From Capsulimonadaceae bacterium (lineage in GTDB: Bacteria > Armatimonadota > Armatimonadia > Armatimonadales > Capsulimonadaceae), in contig OZ244065.1 in assembly GCA_965215505.1 (NCBI GenBank), forward strand, positions 2,400,001 through 2,464,000: DNA of 64,000 bases, in the 5' to 3' direction. Positions 38,450 to 47,125 of the stretch are shown one piece after another. The notes below the pieces were generated by a model. It worked only from the letters and a program-made list of their open reading frames with translations, did no database searches and had not been told where the DNA came from. Each line of letters begins with the position of its first letter. Within the stretch, counting starts at the first letter, position 1. The position numbers were made by a program, and so were the translations under genes.

Positions 38450-40489
38450 ATGGCGATTGCACTACTTCTGGTGGGCGTGGCCTTGATGGTCGGCCCGGCG
38501 TTCCTGCCGGGCCTCGGGTTCCTGATGAAAGCCGTGGTCAGCGGCGTCGGCCTGGTCCTGTTTCTGGCCGGTCTTTTCGCGACTATCGTGACCGCGCTCT
38601 GGCGGAAGACCTCGGCGGACGAGGCGTTCGTCATCACCGGCGGGTCGGGCGGGTCGCGGGTCATCCTGGACAGCGGCGCGTTCGTGTTCCCCATCCTGCA
38701 CAACATCGTGCCGGTCAACCTCAAGACCATGAAGCTGGGCGTCAACCCGCACGGAGCGAACGCGCTCATCACGCACGACAACCTGCGCTCGGACATCCTG
38801 GCGCAGTTCTACATCCGGGTACAGGCCGACCCGGAACACATCCTGAACGCCGCCCGGTCGCTCGGCACCGACTCGGTCAACGCCGAGAACGTCGAGAACC
38901 TGGTCAGCGAGAAGCTGGTCTCGGCACTGCGCGCCATCGCCTCGCAGATGGACTTGTTCGAGATCCACACCAAGCGGGACGACTTCGCCGAGCGCGTCAA
39001 GGAACACGTCCGGTCCGACCTGGAAGCGAACGGGCTGCTTTTGGAGAGCGTCACCGTCTCCGAACTTGACCAGACGGACCCGTCGGAGATGTCGGACAAC
39101 AACGTCTTCGACGCCCAGGGCAAGCGCAAGATCACCGAGATCACGGCGGCGGCGATGGTGGAGCGCAATAACCTGGAGCGGGCCGCCGAGCAGGCGCGCA
39201 AGAACCAGGACGTGACCACGCGCCAGTACATCCTGCAACTGGAACGCCAGCAGGCGGAGGCCGAGGCGAACCAGCGCACGCAGATCGCGCTCATCCAGGC
39301 CAGCAAGGACCAGGAAGCGCAGCAAGCGGTGATCGCCCAGCAGCGGGCCGTGGAAACCTCGCAGATCGAGAAGATGCAGGCGGTCCAGACGGCGGAGATC
39401 GCCCGCGAGCAGGCCGTCGAGGTCGCCCGCGTCGGCCAGGAGAAGGCGGTCCAGAACGCCAACATCGCCCGCGAGCAGGAGCTGCAAACGGCGGCGGTGG
39501 GGCGGGACCAGGCGGTCGCCCTGGCCGAGCGGCTGAAGCAGATCGCGGTCGCCAACCAGGAGGCCGAGCGCGCCCGCGCCGAGGAGAAGTCGCTGATCGC
39601 CCAGGCCGCCCAGGAGAAGGCCAAGCAGGACGTGGTGACGGTGACGCAGATCGCCGAGGCCGAGCGGGACGCCAACAAGAAGCTGATCGGGGCGCGGCAG
39701 GAGATCGAGCGGGACAAGATCCGTTTGCAGACCGAGGCGCAGGTGGCCGCCTTCACGCGCGTCACGAACGCCCAGGGCGAGCAGGAGGCGGCGGCCAAGC
39801 AGGCCGAGGCCCGGCTTCAGATGGCGCAGGCCGAGGCGCAGTCGCGCGAGTTGGTGGCGCGGGGCGAGAAGGCGCAGCAGCTCGTCCCGGTCGAGGTGGC
39901 CCGCGAGAACGTCGGCGTCGAGCAGGCGCGTGTGGACGTGGAGCGCAGGCAGCTCGAAAACCGGCAGGAGTTCGCCGAGGCGGGCATCCGGCTGGAGATC
40001 GAGAAGCTGCGTATCCAGGCCGACAAGGAGGTGCAGCAGGAGTTCGCCCGCGCGCTGGCCTCGTTCCTCTCGCACGGCAACATGACGCTGTACGGGACGC
40101 CGGAGACTGCCCAGAAGATGATGGACAGCATGGCGAAGGGCTTCGGCATCCGCGCCATGGCCGAGGGCTTCCTGTCCGGCTCGAACGGGTCCGGGAACGC
40201 GCTGGGGAACGGCCACTCCGCAAGCGGGACGAACGGCACAGGCCAGGTGGACGCCCTGCTGGGCAGCCTGGGCAAGCTGATCGTGCCCGCCCTGGAAAAG
40301 CTGACCGGGTCCGGCGGGGCGACGCCCGCCCAGGCGGACGCGGTGGTCCGCGCCCTGGCTGCCAACCCGCAGGCCTTGCAGGCCATCGCCGACGCGCTGG
40401 CGGAGGGGGAGCCGGTGAAGGCGGGCGGGGCGCAGCTCATCGACGGAGCGCAGGTCGTGAAGGCGGGGAACGGCGCGGTGCCGGTCTGA
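38450..40489 (+). CDS. Flotillin/SPFH domain protein (YqiK-like)
   Basis: N-terminal TMs; SPFH domain (EAFVITG...NGLLLESVTVSELDQT...NNVFDAQG.RKI); long EA/Q-rich coiled coil; GAGGAG SD. Confidence 0.9.
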   Translation: MAIALLLVGVALMVGPAFLPGLGFLMKAVVSGVGLVLFLAGLFATIVTALWRKTSADEAFVITGGSGGSRVILDSGAFVFPILHNIVPVNLKTMKLGVNPHGANALITHDNLRSDILAQFYIRVQADPEHILNAARSLGTDSVNAENVENLVSEKLVSALRAIASQMDLFEIHTKRDDFAERVKEHVRSDLEANGLLLESVTVSELDQTDPSEMSDNNVFDAQGKRKITEITAAAMVERNNLERAAEQARKNQDVTTRQYILQLERQQAEAEANQRTQIALIQASKDQEAQQAVIAQQRAVETSQIEKMQAVQTAEIAREQAVEVARVGQEKAVQNANIAREQELQTAAVGRDQAVALAERLKQIAVANQEAERARAEEKSLIAQAAQEKAKQDVVTVTQIAEAERDANKKLIGARQEIERDKIRLQTEAQVAAFTRVTNAQGEQEAAAKQAEARLQMAQAEAQSRELVARGEKAQQLVPVEVARENVGVEQARVDVERRQLENRQEFAEAGIRLEIEKLRIQADKEVQQEFARALASFLSHGNMTLYGTPETAQKMMDSMAKGFGIRAMAEGFLSGSNGSGNALGNGHSASGTNGTGQVDALLGSLGKLIVPALEKLTGSGGATPAQADAVVRALAANPQALQAIADALAEGEPVKAGGAQLIDGAQVVKAGNGAVPV

Positions 40490-40494
40490 TCCTC

Positions 40495-40530
40495 TCCCCA
40501 CGGCGGGATTGAAAACCACCGCCGTGGGGA
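40495..40530. repeat. Strong hairpin (REP family B-like or terminator)
   Basis: TCCCCACGGCGG...CCGCCGTGGGGA, with the TTGAAA core seen in the 8570-8593 hairpin. Confidence 0.55.
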
Positions 40531-40604
40531 ACCTTTGAACCATCGCGCCCAACGTGCGTCAGGACAAAGAACCCGTTTCCTTCCATCTTCACCGAGGTGT
40601 TCTC

Positions 40605-41921
40605 ATGCGACCTTCACCCATGCGACTTCTTACCCGCCTCAGCCTGCCGGTGGCCGCCCTCAGCCTGATGGCGGCGCTCCCCGCACCCGCCCAGACCGTC
40701 TATGATCCTGGCCCCGACCAGCAGCAGCAGGGCCGACAGCGGCGGGGGCGGGGGCGGAACCGCAACAACCCGAATAACCAGAACAACAATAACCAGAACA
40801 ACCAGGGGACGCAGAGCGATGGGTCGTTCGGCAGCACGGCGACGGGGCTGCCGGGCGGTGTCCCGAAGCCGCAGCCGCCCGGCCCGGTGGATAACGAGGA
40901 CTCGGTCAACACTGCGCCCGCTGTGAGCGCAAACGGCGTCTTGTATTTCGGGTCCTGGAACCACGAGGTCACGGCCCTGGACGAGAAGACGGGCGCGGTC
41001 CGCTGGAAGTTCACGACGGGCGACATCGTCAACGCCTCCCCGGCCCTCGGGCCGGACGGCAGCGTCTACGTCACCTGCCGCGACCGGAACGTCTACGCGC
41101 TGGACGGCAAGACGGGGGCCAAGCTCTGGCAGTTCGCCACGTCGGGCCGGCTGGCGACGCGCCCCGCCGTGGCGGGGGGGATGGTGTACGTCGGGACCTC
41201 GGACAAGGATCGGAAGGTAGTCGCGCTGGACGCCAAGACCGGCGTGAAGAAGTGGGAGCGGGCGACCCAGACGGGAGCCTCCTCGCCCGCCGTCGGGGCG
41301 GGCGGGACGGTGTACGTCTCGGCGGGCAAATTATACGCGCTGGACGGCGCGACGGGTGCGGTCCGGTGGAGCCAGGACCTGAACGTCCTGCCTACTCAGG
41401 CCCCAACCGTCGGCCCGGCCGATGCGGTCTATGTCGGCACGGCCGACGCCCAGCTTTATGCGATTGACGGCGCGACCGGAAAGACGCTGTGGCGGTTCGA
41501 CATGGGGGATACCCTGGATTACCCCGTCGTGCGGGGGCCGGACGACATGCTGTATGCCAGCGCCCGCAAGCTGTTCGCCCTGAACACCAATGGTAAGGTG
41601 CGGTGGGAGCGGGCCGGCGACGGCACGGCCTGGTCGTCGCCCGCCGTCGGCACGAACGGCGTCCTGTACACGGGCTACAGCGACTCGAAGGTCTACGCGC
41701 TGGACGCTTTGACCGGCCGCACGCGCTGGGAATTCGCCACCAACGACGGCCTGATCTGCTTCCCAGCCCTGGGCACGTCCGCCGCCGTCTACTTCCAGTG
41801 CGAGGGGGACAGCAAGGTCTACGCCCTGAACCGCCAGACCGGGCGCGCGATCTGGACATCGGTGCAGGACCCGACGCAGGGGCCGGCGCGACCGTCCTTC
41901 GCGGCGGGCGTCACCAAATAG
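40605..41921 (+). CDS. Secreted PQQ-like/BamB-like beta-propeller repeat protein
   Basis: Signal peptide; repeated 'SPA.G..G.VY.G..D..VYALD..TG...W.F' blades. Confidence 0.85.
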   Translation: MRPSPMRLLTRLSLPVAALSLMAALPAPAQTVYDPGPDQQQQGRQRRGRGRNRNNPNNQNNNNQNNQGTQSDGSFGSTATGLPGGVPKPQPPGPVDNEDSVNTAPAVSANGVLYFGSWNHEVTALDEKTGAVRWKFTTGDIVNASPALGPDGSVYVTCRDRNVYALDGKTGAKLWQFATSGRLATRPAVAGGMVYVGTSDKDRKVVALDAKTGVKKWERATQTGASSPAVGAGGTVYVSAGKLYALDGATGAVRWSQDLNVLPTQAPTVGPADAVYVGTADAQLYAIDGATGKTLWRFDMGDTLDYPVVRGPDDMLYASARKLFALNTNGKVRWERAGDGTAWSSPAVGTNGVLYTGYSDSKVYALDALTGRTRWEFATNDGLICFPALGTSAAVYFQCEGDSKVYALNRQTGRAIWTSVQDPTQGPARPSFAAGVTK

Positions 41922-41956
41922 GCCGGTGGGAGGAAATCGGGCGGCAGAGGGCGAAT

Positions 41957-41993
41957 GGGGCCGTCAACGCCGGGGCCGTTGACGGCCCCTTTT
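41957..41993 (+). terminator. Intrinsic terminator
   Basis: GGGGCCGTCAACG-loop-CGTTGACGGCCCC-TTTT. Confidence 0.75.
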
Positions 41994-42007
41994 GCTGAGG
42001 CAACCTA

Positions 42008-42940
42008 ATGGAACCCGAGACACGACCCACACCGGACACCGAGATCATTCTAACTCATGGCAACTGGCGGCTCGCCGTCGCGCCCTACGGCGCGTCCCTG
42101 CGCAGGCTTTCCCACGCGGGCACCGACGTCATCACCGGCTACTCCGGCGCGAAAGGCAAGGTCGGCGGCCAGGGCGACGTCCTGATCCCCTTCCCCGGCC
42201 GTGTCGCCGGGGGCCGCTACGCCTTCCTGGGCCAGACCTACCAGATGGACCAAAACGACAAGGAGACGCCGAGCGCCATCCACGGGTTCCTGCGGTCCGT
42301 CCTCTGGGAAACCGAGCAGCCCGCACCCGACGAAGTGACCTTCACGACCAACCTCCACCCCGACTCCCACCCCGGCTACCCCTTCGCGCTGGGCGTGCGC
42401 GTCACTTATCACCTGTCGGACACCGGCCTTGCCGTCGCCTTCGTCATCGAGAACACCGGCGACACGCCCGCGCCCGTCGCGGCGGGCTTCCACCCCTATT
42501 TTACGGTCGGCACTGCCCTCATTGACACGGCCATGCTCCAGGTCCCCTTCGGCGCGACCCAGGAGTTCAAGGACCTGCTGCCGACGGGGACCATCCTGCC
42601 CGTGGACGGTACGTCGCTAGACTTCCGGCAACCCCGGCCCCTCGGCGGCGCTGTCTTCAATACCTGCTACCTCCAGCCCATCCGCGACCCGGACGGGCAC
42701 CTCCGCATCCGCCTTAACGACCCCGCGACGGGCCGGTCGCTGGCCGTCTGGATGGACGCGGCCTTCGACTACGTCGTCCTCTACTCCGGCGACCCGCTGC
42801 CCGACGACCACCGCCGCCGCGCGCTCGCCATCGAGCCGATGACGTGCGGCGCGGACGCCTTCAACCACCCCGAATGGGGCCTGGCGTCCCTCGTTCCGGG
42901 CGAGACGCTGTCGGGGTCATGGGGGGTGACGGCGGAGTAG
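42008..42940 (+). CDS. Aldose 1-epimerase (galactose mutarotase-like)
   Basis: LIPFPGRV..GRY.F, AIHG, GYPF, GFHPYF and AIEPMT..ADAFN. Confidence 0.85.
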   Translation: MEPETRPTPDTEIILTHGNWRLAVAPYGASLRRLSHAGTDVITGYSGAKGKVGGQGDVLIPFPGRVAGGRYAFLGQTYQMDQNDKETPSAIHGFLRSVLWETEQPAPDEVTFTTNLHPDSHPGYPFALGVRVTYHLSDTGLAVAFVIENTGDTPAPVAAGFHPYFTVGTALIDTAMLQVPFGATQEFKDLLPTGTILPVDGTSLDFRQPRPLGGAVFNTCYLQPIRDPDGHLRIRLNDPATGRSLAVWMDAAFDYVVLYSGDPLPDDHRRRALAIEPMTCGADAFNHPEWGLASLVPGETLSGSWGVTAE

Positions 42941-42988
42941 GGGGTGGGGCAGGAACAGCAGGCCGGACAAGAGGGAGGGAAGGAAAAG

Positions 42989-43053
42989 AGGGCGGGGAAC
43001 CCCGCCCCTACGGGCATTAATTTGTCCGCGTAAGGGCAGGGTTCCCCTGCCCT
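42989..43053. repeat. Inverted pair of GTAG-type REPs (REPIN-like)
   Basis: AGGGCGGGGAACCCCGCCCCTAC and GTAAGGGCAGGGTTCCCCTGCCCT. Confidence 0.75.
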
Positions 43054-43067
43054 CTTCTCTCTTCCCC

Positions 43068-45731
43068 TCACCTTCGGGCGGCGCGTGGGCCGGCAGCCAT
43101 CAGGGCGTGGTAGATCGCTCGGTTGTAGGGTGCGACGTAGTTCAGGATCAGCCGCCGTATGCGGGGCTTCTGCGCCTCTGTCGCGAAAGCATCGCTCATC
43201 ACGAGCGTCCGCACACGGAACTCTCTTGGCTCGTACCCCTCTCTTTGGTCGGCAGTCAGGCCGATGATGCCACTGCGCCAGTCGCCTGGAACCTCCAAAA
43301 CGCTTCTGTCACCCCGGCGAAGTGCCTGCCGTGCGTCCGCCACAGGATGACCACGCTCCATCGCCTGCAATTCCGCGTCCATCCGATGCCGAACGCTTTG
43401 CAGATCGGCATCCCCGCTTTGTTTCAGGAATCGCAACAGCGACTGGTTGTAGCGCAGAGCATAACGCTCCGCTCTGTCCTGCAAGCGACTTTCCCCTTCA
43501 GTTTGAGGTGTATCGCTCGTCCCTTCGACGGCATTGATCCCCTTCAAGCCAACGAGTAGGTTAAAACCGTCCCCCGGAACCCCTGGAACGGACAGGCTGA
43601 AGCCGTAGATGCCGATGAAGCGCAGATCGTGGCGCGAGATCGCTTGGCGTAGGTCGGTGGCGGGATCGGCATCCGCCATCGCGCCCAGGTGCAGGTGGCC
43701 GGTCTGCCCGACCGTGCCCTGGCTCGCGCCGATGCTGGTCGGCCCCGTAGGCAGTATCAGGTTCCCCCAGAAGTCACGCCCGCCGCTGCCGGGGATGCCC
43801 CTGCCGGCACGGAGCAGGGGCGAGCCGACGAGTGGGGCGTACCCTTGAGCGCCGGGCGTACCGGGCGCGGCGAGGTGCGGGTCAGTAGTGACGGCGTGGG
43901 GGTCGGCGGGGCGGGCGGCGATGTCACCCCAATAAGCATTGCTGTCGAAGGCCACCTGAGTCATGCCGCCGAAGTCGAAGCGGGCCTTGCCGTCTGTGTA
44001 GAAGACATTGTTGTAGAAGCGCGTGTCGGCGGGCCATTTATTGCCCCCGCCCCAGTTCCCGCTCGCCACCAGGAGAATGTCCTGGGCTTTGCCCAGATAG
44101 AAGAAGTTGTTATAGACCTGCGTGTCCTGGCAGGGGCCGGTGATGTTGAAGGTGTGCAGGCCGTCATTGGCGCTGATGTTGTAGCGGATCACCGTCCCCG
44201 AGTTGCCGATGTTCCAGGGCGGGGACTGGCCGCCGTCGTCGCAGATCAGCATGAAGCCGCCGTCGTTGTCGTGGCTGTAGTTGTACTGGAACAGGGTGTG
44301 GCGGCAGTTATAGTCCGAGTCGTAGCCCTCGCCGTCCATCGTCCCCTTCATGCCGCTGACCTCGTTGAACTGGACCACGGTGTTGTCGCAGGACCAGGGC
44401 CAGATGCCCGCCGCGTAGTCCTGGGCGCGCATCCGGCCCCCGCGCAGGGTGTTGTGTTCGATGAGGCAGCCGTCACAGCCGATGGGGACGATGCCGTCGC
44501 CGCCGATGTCGGTCAGAGTGTTGCCCCGGATGACGACGTGCGTGCTGAGAGGCCAGGACGGGCGGGGGTAGTAGGCGCTCATCGTGATGCCGTTGCGGTC
44601 GGTGCGGGTCAGCCGGCAGTCCTCGATGGTCAGGCCGTCATAGCGGGTCCTCACCTTGTTGCCGCCGCTGGCGCAGGAGATGCCGTTCCCGCCCCCTGCG
44701 TCTTTGACGTTGCTGCCGAACACGTCATGGACATCTAAGCCGTGCAGGCGGATGCCGTGGGCGACGCCGAAGTTCTCCAGACGCACTTCCACCCCGGCCA
44801 ATCCGGGCACGCGGGTCGGAGCGCGGTTGGCGATGTCCAGATCGGACACGTCCCAATACTCGCCGTTGTACAGGTAGACCGTCGCCAGCGCCTTGCCCCC
44901 GGCGTCAACGGCAGGCTTGGGGCCGGTCCCGTAGCGGCTGAGGGTAATGGGCCTGCCCGCCGCGCCGCTGCCGCCGGGGGACAGGAACCCGGCCCACCGG
45001 CTGCCGGCGCGGAGCAGGACGCGGTCGCCCGGCCCGAACGTGCCGCTGTTGACGCGGTCCAGGCTGCGCCAGGGATGGCGGGCGCTGTGCCCGTCGTTCG
45101 CGTCACTGCCTGCCGCCGAGTCCACATAGTAGGCAGTGCCGCCGGGCGACTTCCAGGTGCGCGCGGGTGCGGGCAGGCCCGGCGGCTCGGGGGCGGGCGT
45201 GGCCGTCAGGGTGAGGTCGTTGATCGCCAGCGCGCCCTTGTTCTGGATGCCGATGATGAGGATGTCGTCTGCCCCCGACGTGGTGAACGTCGTCTCGACA
45301 TGCCCCGTTTCGCCCGCCTCCCCGGCCCAATCTTTCCACCCTGCACTCCCCGTGGTGCTGCCCGCCCGGCGCGCGAGGACGTAGAACTTGGCGTTGGCTG
45401 CACGGGCGAGGACGCGGTAGTCGAACGAGACGGTGTAGACTTCTTTGGGCGAGAGCAGGCCCGTCTTGGAGTGGAAGAACTCGTTCCACTCGGACGCGGC
45501 GGCCCGCGAGTCGCCTTTGAGTGACTTCCTGCCGCCGACCTCTTCGGCGGGGTCGCTCGTCAGGGTCGCGGTGGCGGCATCGGCGGGCGACAGCACGCGG
45601 GCAGGGTCATCGGCGGCAAAGTCCATGTGCAGGACCGTCTTGGGGGCGTCGGCGGCACGGGCGGCGGGCACGGACGCCGCGAAAGCCGCCAGAAGGGCGG
45701 CGAGGAGAAGCGGGGGCGCGTAGGTTCTCAT
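43068..45731 (-). CDS. Secreted right-handed beta-helix protein (GH136/pectin-lyase-like fold) with N-terminal CBM-like and C-terminal unknown domains
   Basis: Signal peptide; YYVDSAAGSDANDG.S...PWRSL, GGDGIV, AGIWPW and DGEGYDSDYN...FQYNYSHDN.GGF. Confidence 0.75.
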   Translation of the reverse strand: MRTYAPPLLLAALLAAFAASVPAARAADAPKTVLHMDFAADDPARVLSPADAATATLTSDPAEEVGGRKSLKGDSRAAASEWNEFFHSKTGLLSPKEVYTVSFDYRVLARAANAKFYVLARRAGSTTGSAGWKDWAGEAGETGHVETTFTTSGADDILIIGIQNKGALAINDLTLTATPAPEPPGLPAPARTWKSPGGTAYYVDSAAGSDANDGHSARHPWRSLDRVNSGTFGPGDRVLLRAGSRWAGFLSPGGSGAAGRPITLSRYGTGPKPAVDAGGKALATVYLYNGEYWDVSDLDIANRAPTRVPGLAGVEVRLENFGVAHGIRLHGLDVHDVFGSNVKDAGGGNGISCASGGNKVRTRYDGLTIEDCRLTRTDRNGITMSAYYPRPSWPLSTHVVIRGNTLTDIGGDGIVPIGCDGCLIEHNTLRGGRMRAQDYAAGIWPWSCDNTVVQFNEVSGMKGTMDGEGYDSDYNCRHTLFQYNYSHDNDGGFMLICDDGGQSPPWNIGNSGTVIRYNISANDGLHTFNITGPCQDTQVYNNFFYLGKAQDILLVASGNWGGGNKWPADTRFYNNVFYTDGKARFDFGGMTQVAFDSNAYWGDIAARPADPHAVTTDPHLAAPGTPGAQGYAPLVGSPLLRAGRGIPGSGGRDFWGNLILPTGPTSIGASQGTVGQTGHLHLGAMADADPATDLRQAISRHDLRFIGIYGFSLSVPGVPGDGFNLLVGLKGINAVEGTSDTPQTEGESRLQDRAERYALRYNQSLLRFLKQSGDADLQSVRHRMDAELQAMERGHPVADARQALRRGDRSVLEVPGDWRSGIIGLTADQREGYEPREFRVRTLVMSDAFATEAQKPRIRRLILNYVAPYNRAIYHALMAAGPRAARR

Positions 45732-45738
45732 AGGCGCT

Positions 45739-45768
45739 ATTGTATCACGTCTGCGGCAAGGGATACAA
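45739..45768 (-). promoter_or_regulatory. sigma70 promoter, probable leaderless mRNA
   Basis: Minus strand TTGTAT-18-TACAAT (TG-extended); the ATG is 7 nt downstream and there is no SD. Confidence 0.55.
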
Positions 45769-45784
45769 GGCATTCCCTATCCCC

Positions 45785-45926
45785 GTAGGGGCGAACCTTG
45801 TGTTCGCCCTTCCCATCCCGCGTCCGCCCTTCCCATCCCGCGTCCGCCCTTCCCATCCCGCGTCCGCCCTTCCCATCCCGCGTCCGCCCTTCCCATCCCG
45901 CGTCCGCCCTTCCCATCCCGCGTCCG
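45785..45926 (+). repeat. GTAG REP followed by a 20-bp tandem repeat x6
   Basis: GTAGGGGCGAACCTTGTGTTCGCCCT, with six exact CGCCCTTCCCATCCCGCGTC units at 45805-45924. Confidence 0.9.
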
Positions 45927-45964
45927 GACGCCCACGGGGGTGCACCCTCCCTGCCCTGTTCCCC

Positions 45965-47125
45965 CTACCGGATACGTCTGAGGAGGGCCTGAAGCACGAA
46001 TGGGGCGAGGTAAGCATGGCCGGCGGCGTGGGGGTGGACGCCGCCCCCGTAAGCGGGCGAGCCGAGCGCGCGGGCGACCTCGGGGCCGAGGTCAACCAGG
46101 ACGGTCTTGCGGTCGGCAGGGTGCGCGGCCTGGTACGCCGCGACGGCGGCCTTCAGCGCCGTGATGTAGGCCGGACCGTTCGGGTAGACGCGCGTGTCGG
46201 CAAGGCCCGGCGGGACCAGGACGATGATCTGGGCGGCGGGCGCGGCATCGCGCAGGGCCGCCAATGTGTTGGTCACACTGGCCTGCATGGCGGCCTTGTC
46301 GCTGCGGCTCAGGCACTCATTGACGCCGTAGTTGAACAGGACCGCCGCCGGCTCCTGGTCGGTCTGACCGTAGGCGCTCAGGTGGCCGCGCGAGTCCAGA
46401 AGGGACGTGGCGGCGTCTATTTTGGCCCAGCGGCCCTCGCCGCCCGATGCGGGGAATTCGGCAGGGACATCGCCCCGCGCGTCGCCGGGGCGGACCCAGC
46501 CGGAGTAGCCGCAGGCAGAGACTGTGTAGTCATAGCCTGCCGCGTCCAGGCCCTGGCCGACCAGGAACGAGTAGTCGCGCAGGCTGTCATCCGCCCCGTC
46601 ATCCGCCTGGATGCCCTCGGTGACGCTGTCGCCGACGATTAGGACCCACGGGCGCAGCGGCGCAGGCGTCGGCGTCGGCGTCGCGCCGTCATCGAGCGTC
46701 AGGCCCGTGACGGTGTAGGCGTTCGCGCCACGCCAGCGGGCGGTCTGCCGGCTGTTCCGGGTGTAGATCGTCAGCGTGTGCGGGCCGGGGGCGGTCAGGC
46801 CCGCAATCGGGATGCCGCCCGAGGCGGGCACGGGGACATTGTCGGTGAGCGCGCCGTCGAGGAAGTAGGAAACCGCGCTACCCGGCGTCTGGTTCGTGAT
46901 CTGGAGGGTCGCCGTGGGATGGGGCGAGGTCGTGGACCAGTGCCAGGTACACCATGCCCCGTTGTTCCAGGTGCGGCGGCTGACCGTGCCGCCGCGCCCG
47001 GCGTCCCCCGCCCAGGTCGCGGGGCTGAAGCGGGCGGCGGGGGAGGAAACGAGCAGGGTGATGTCGGCATGGGCGGGCAGGGTCGCGGCGGCCATCAGGA
47101 GCAGAAGCATCAGGGGCCGGGGCAT
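45965..47125 (-). CDS. Secreted SGNH/GDSL hydrolase (CE2-like carbohydrate esterase)
   Basis: Signal peptide; VGDSVTEG, NYGVNE and GVHP; TGATG coupling with GH78. Confidence 0.75.
   Translation of the reverse strand: MPRPLMLLLLMAAATLPAHADITLLVSSPAARFSPATWAGDAGRGGTVSRRTWNNGAWCTWHWSTTSPHPTATLQITNQTPGSAVSYFLDGALTDNVPVPASGGIPIAGLTAPGPHTLTIYTRNSRQTARWRGANAYTVTGLTLDDGATPTPTPAPLRPWVLIVGDSVTEGIQADDGADDSLRDYSFLVGQGLDAAGYDYTVSACGYSGWVRPGDARGDVPAEFPASGGEGRWAKIDAATSLLDSRGHLSAYGQTDQEPAAVLFNYGVNECLSRSDKAAMQASVTNTLAALRDAAPAAQIIVLVPPGLADTRVYPNGPAYITALKAAVAAYQAAHPADRKTVLVDLGPEVARALGSPAYGGGVHPHAAGHAYLAPFVLQALLRRIR

Noticed and set aside
45805-45924. Possible CRISPR array
   Set aside because: The units are contiguous identical 20-mers with no spacers, and there are no cas genes; it is a VNTR.
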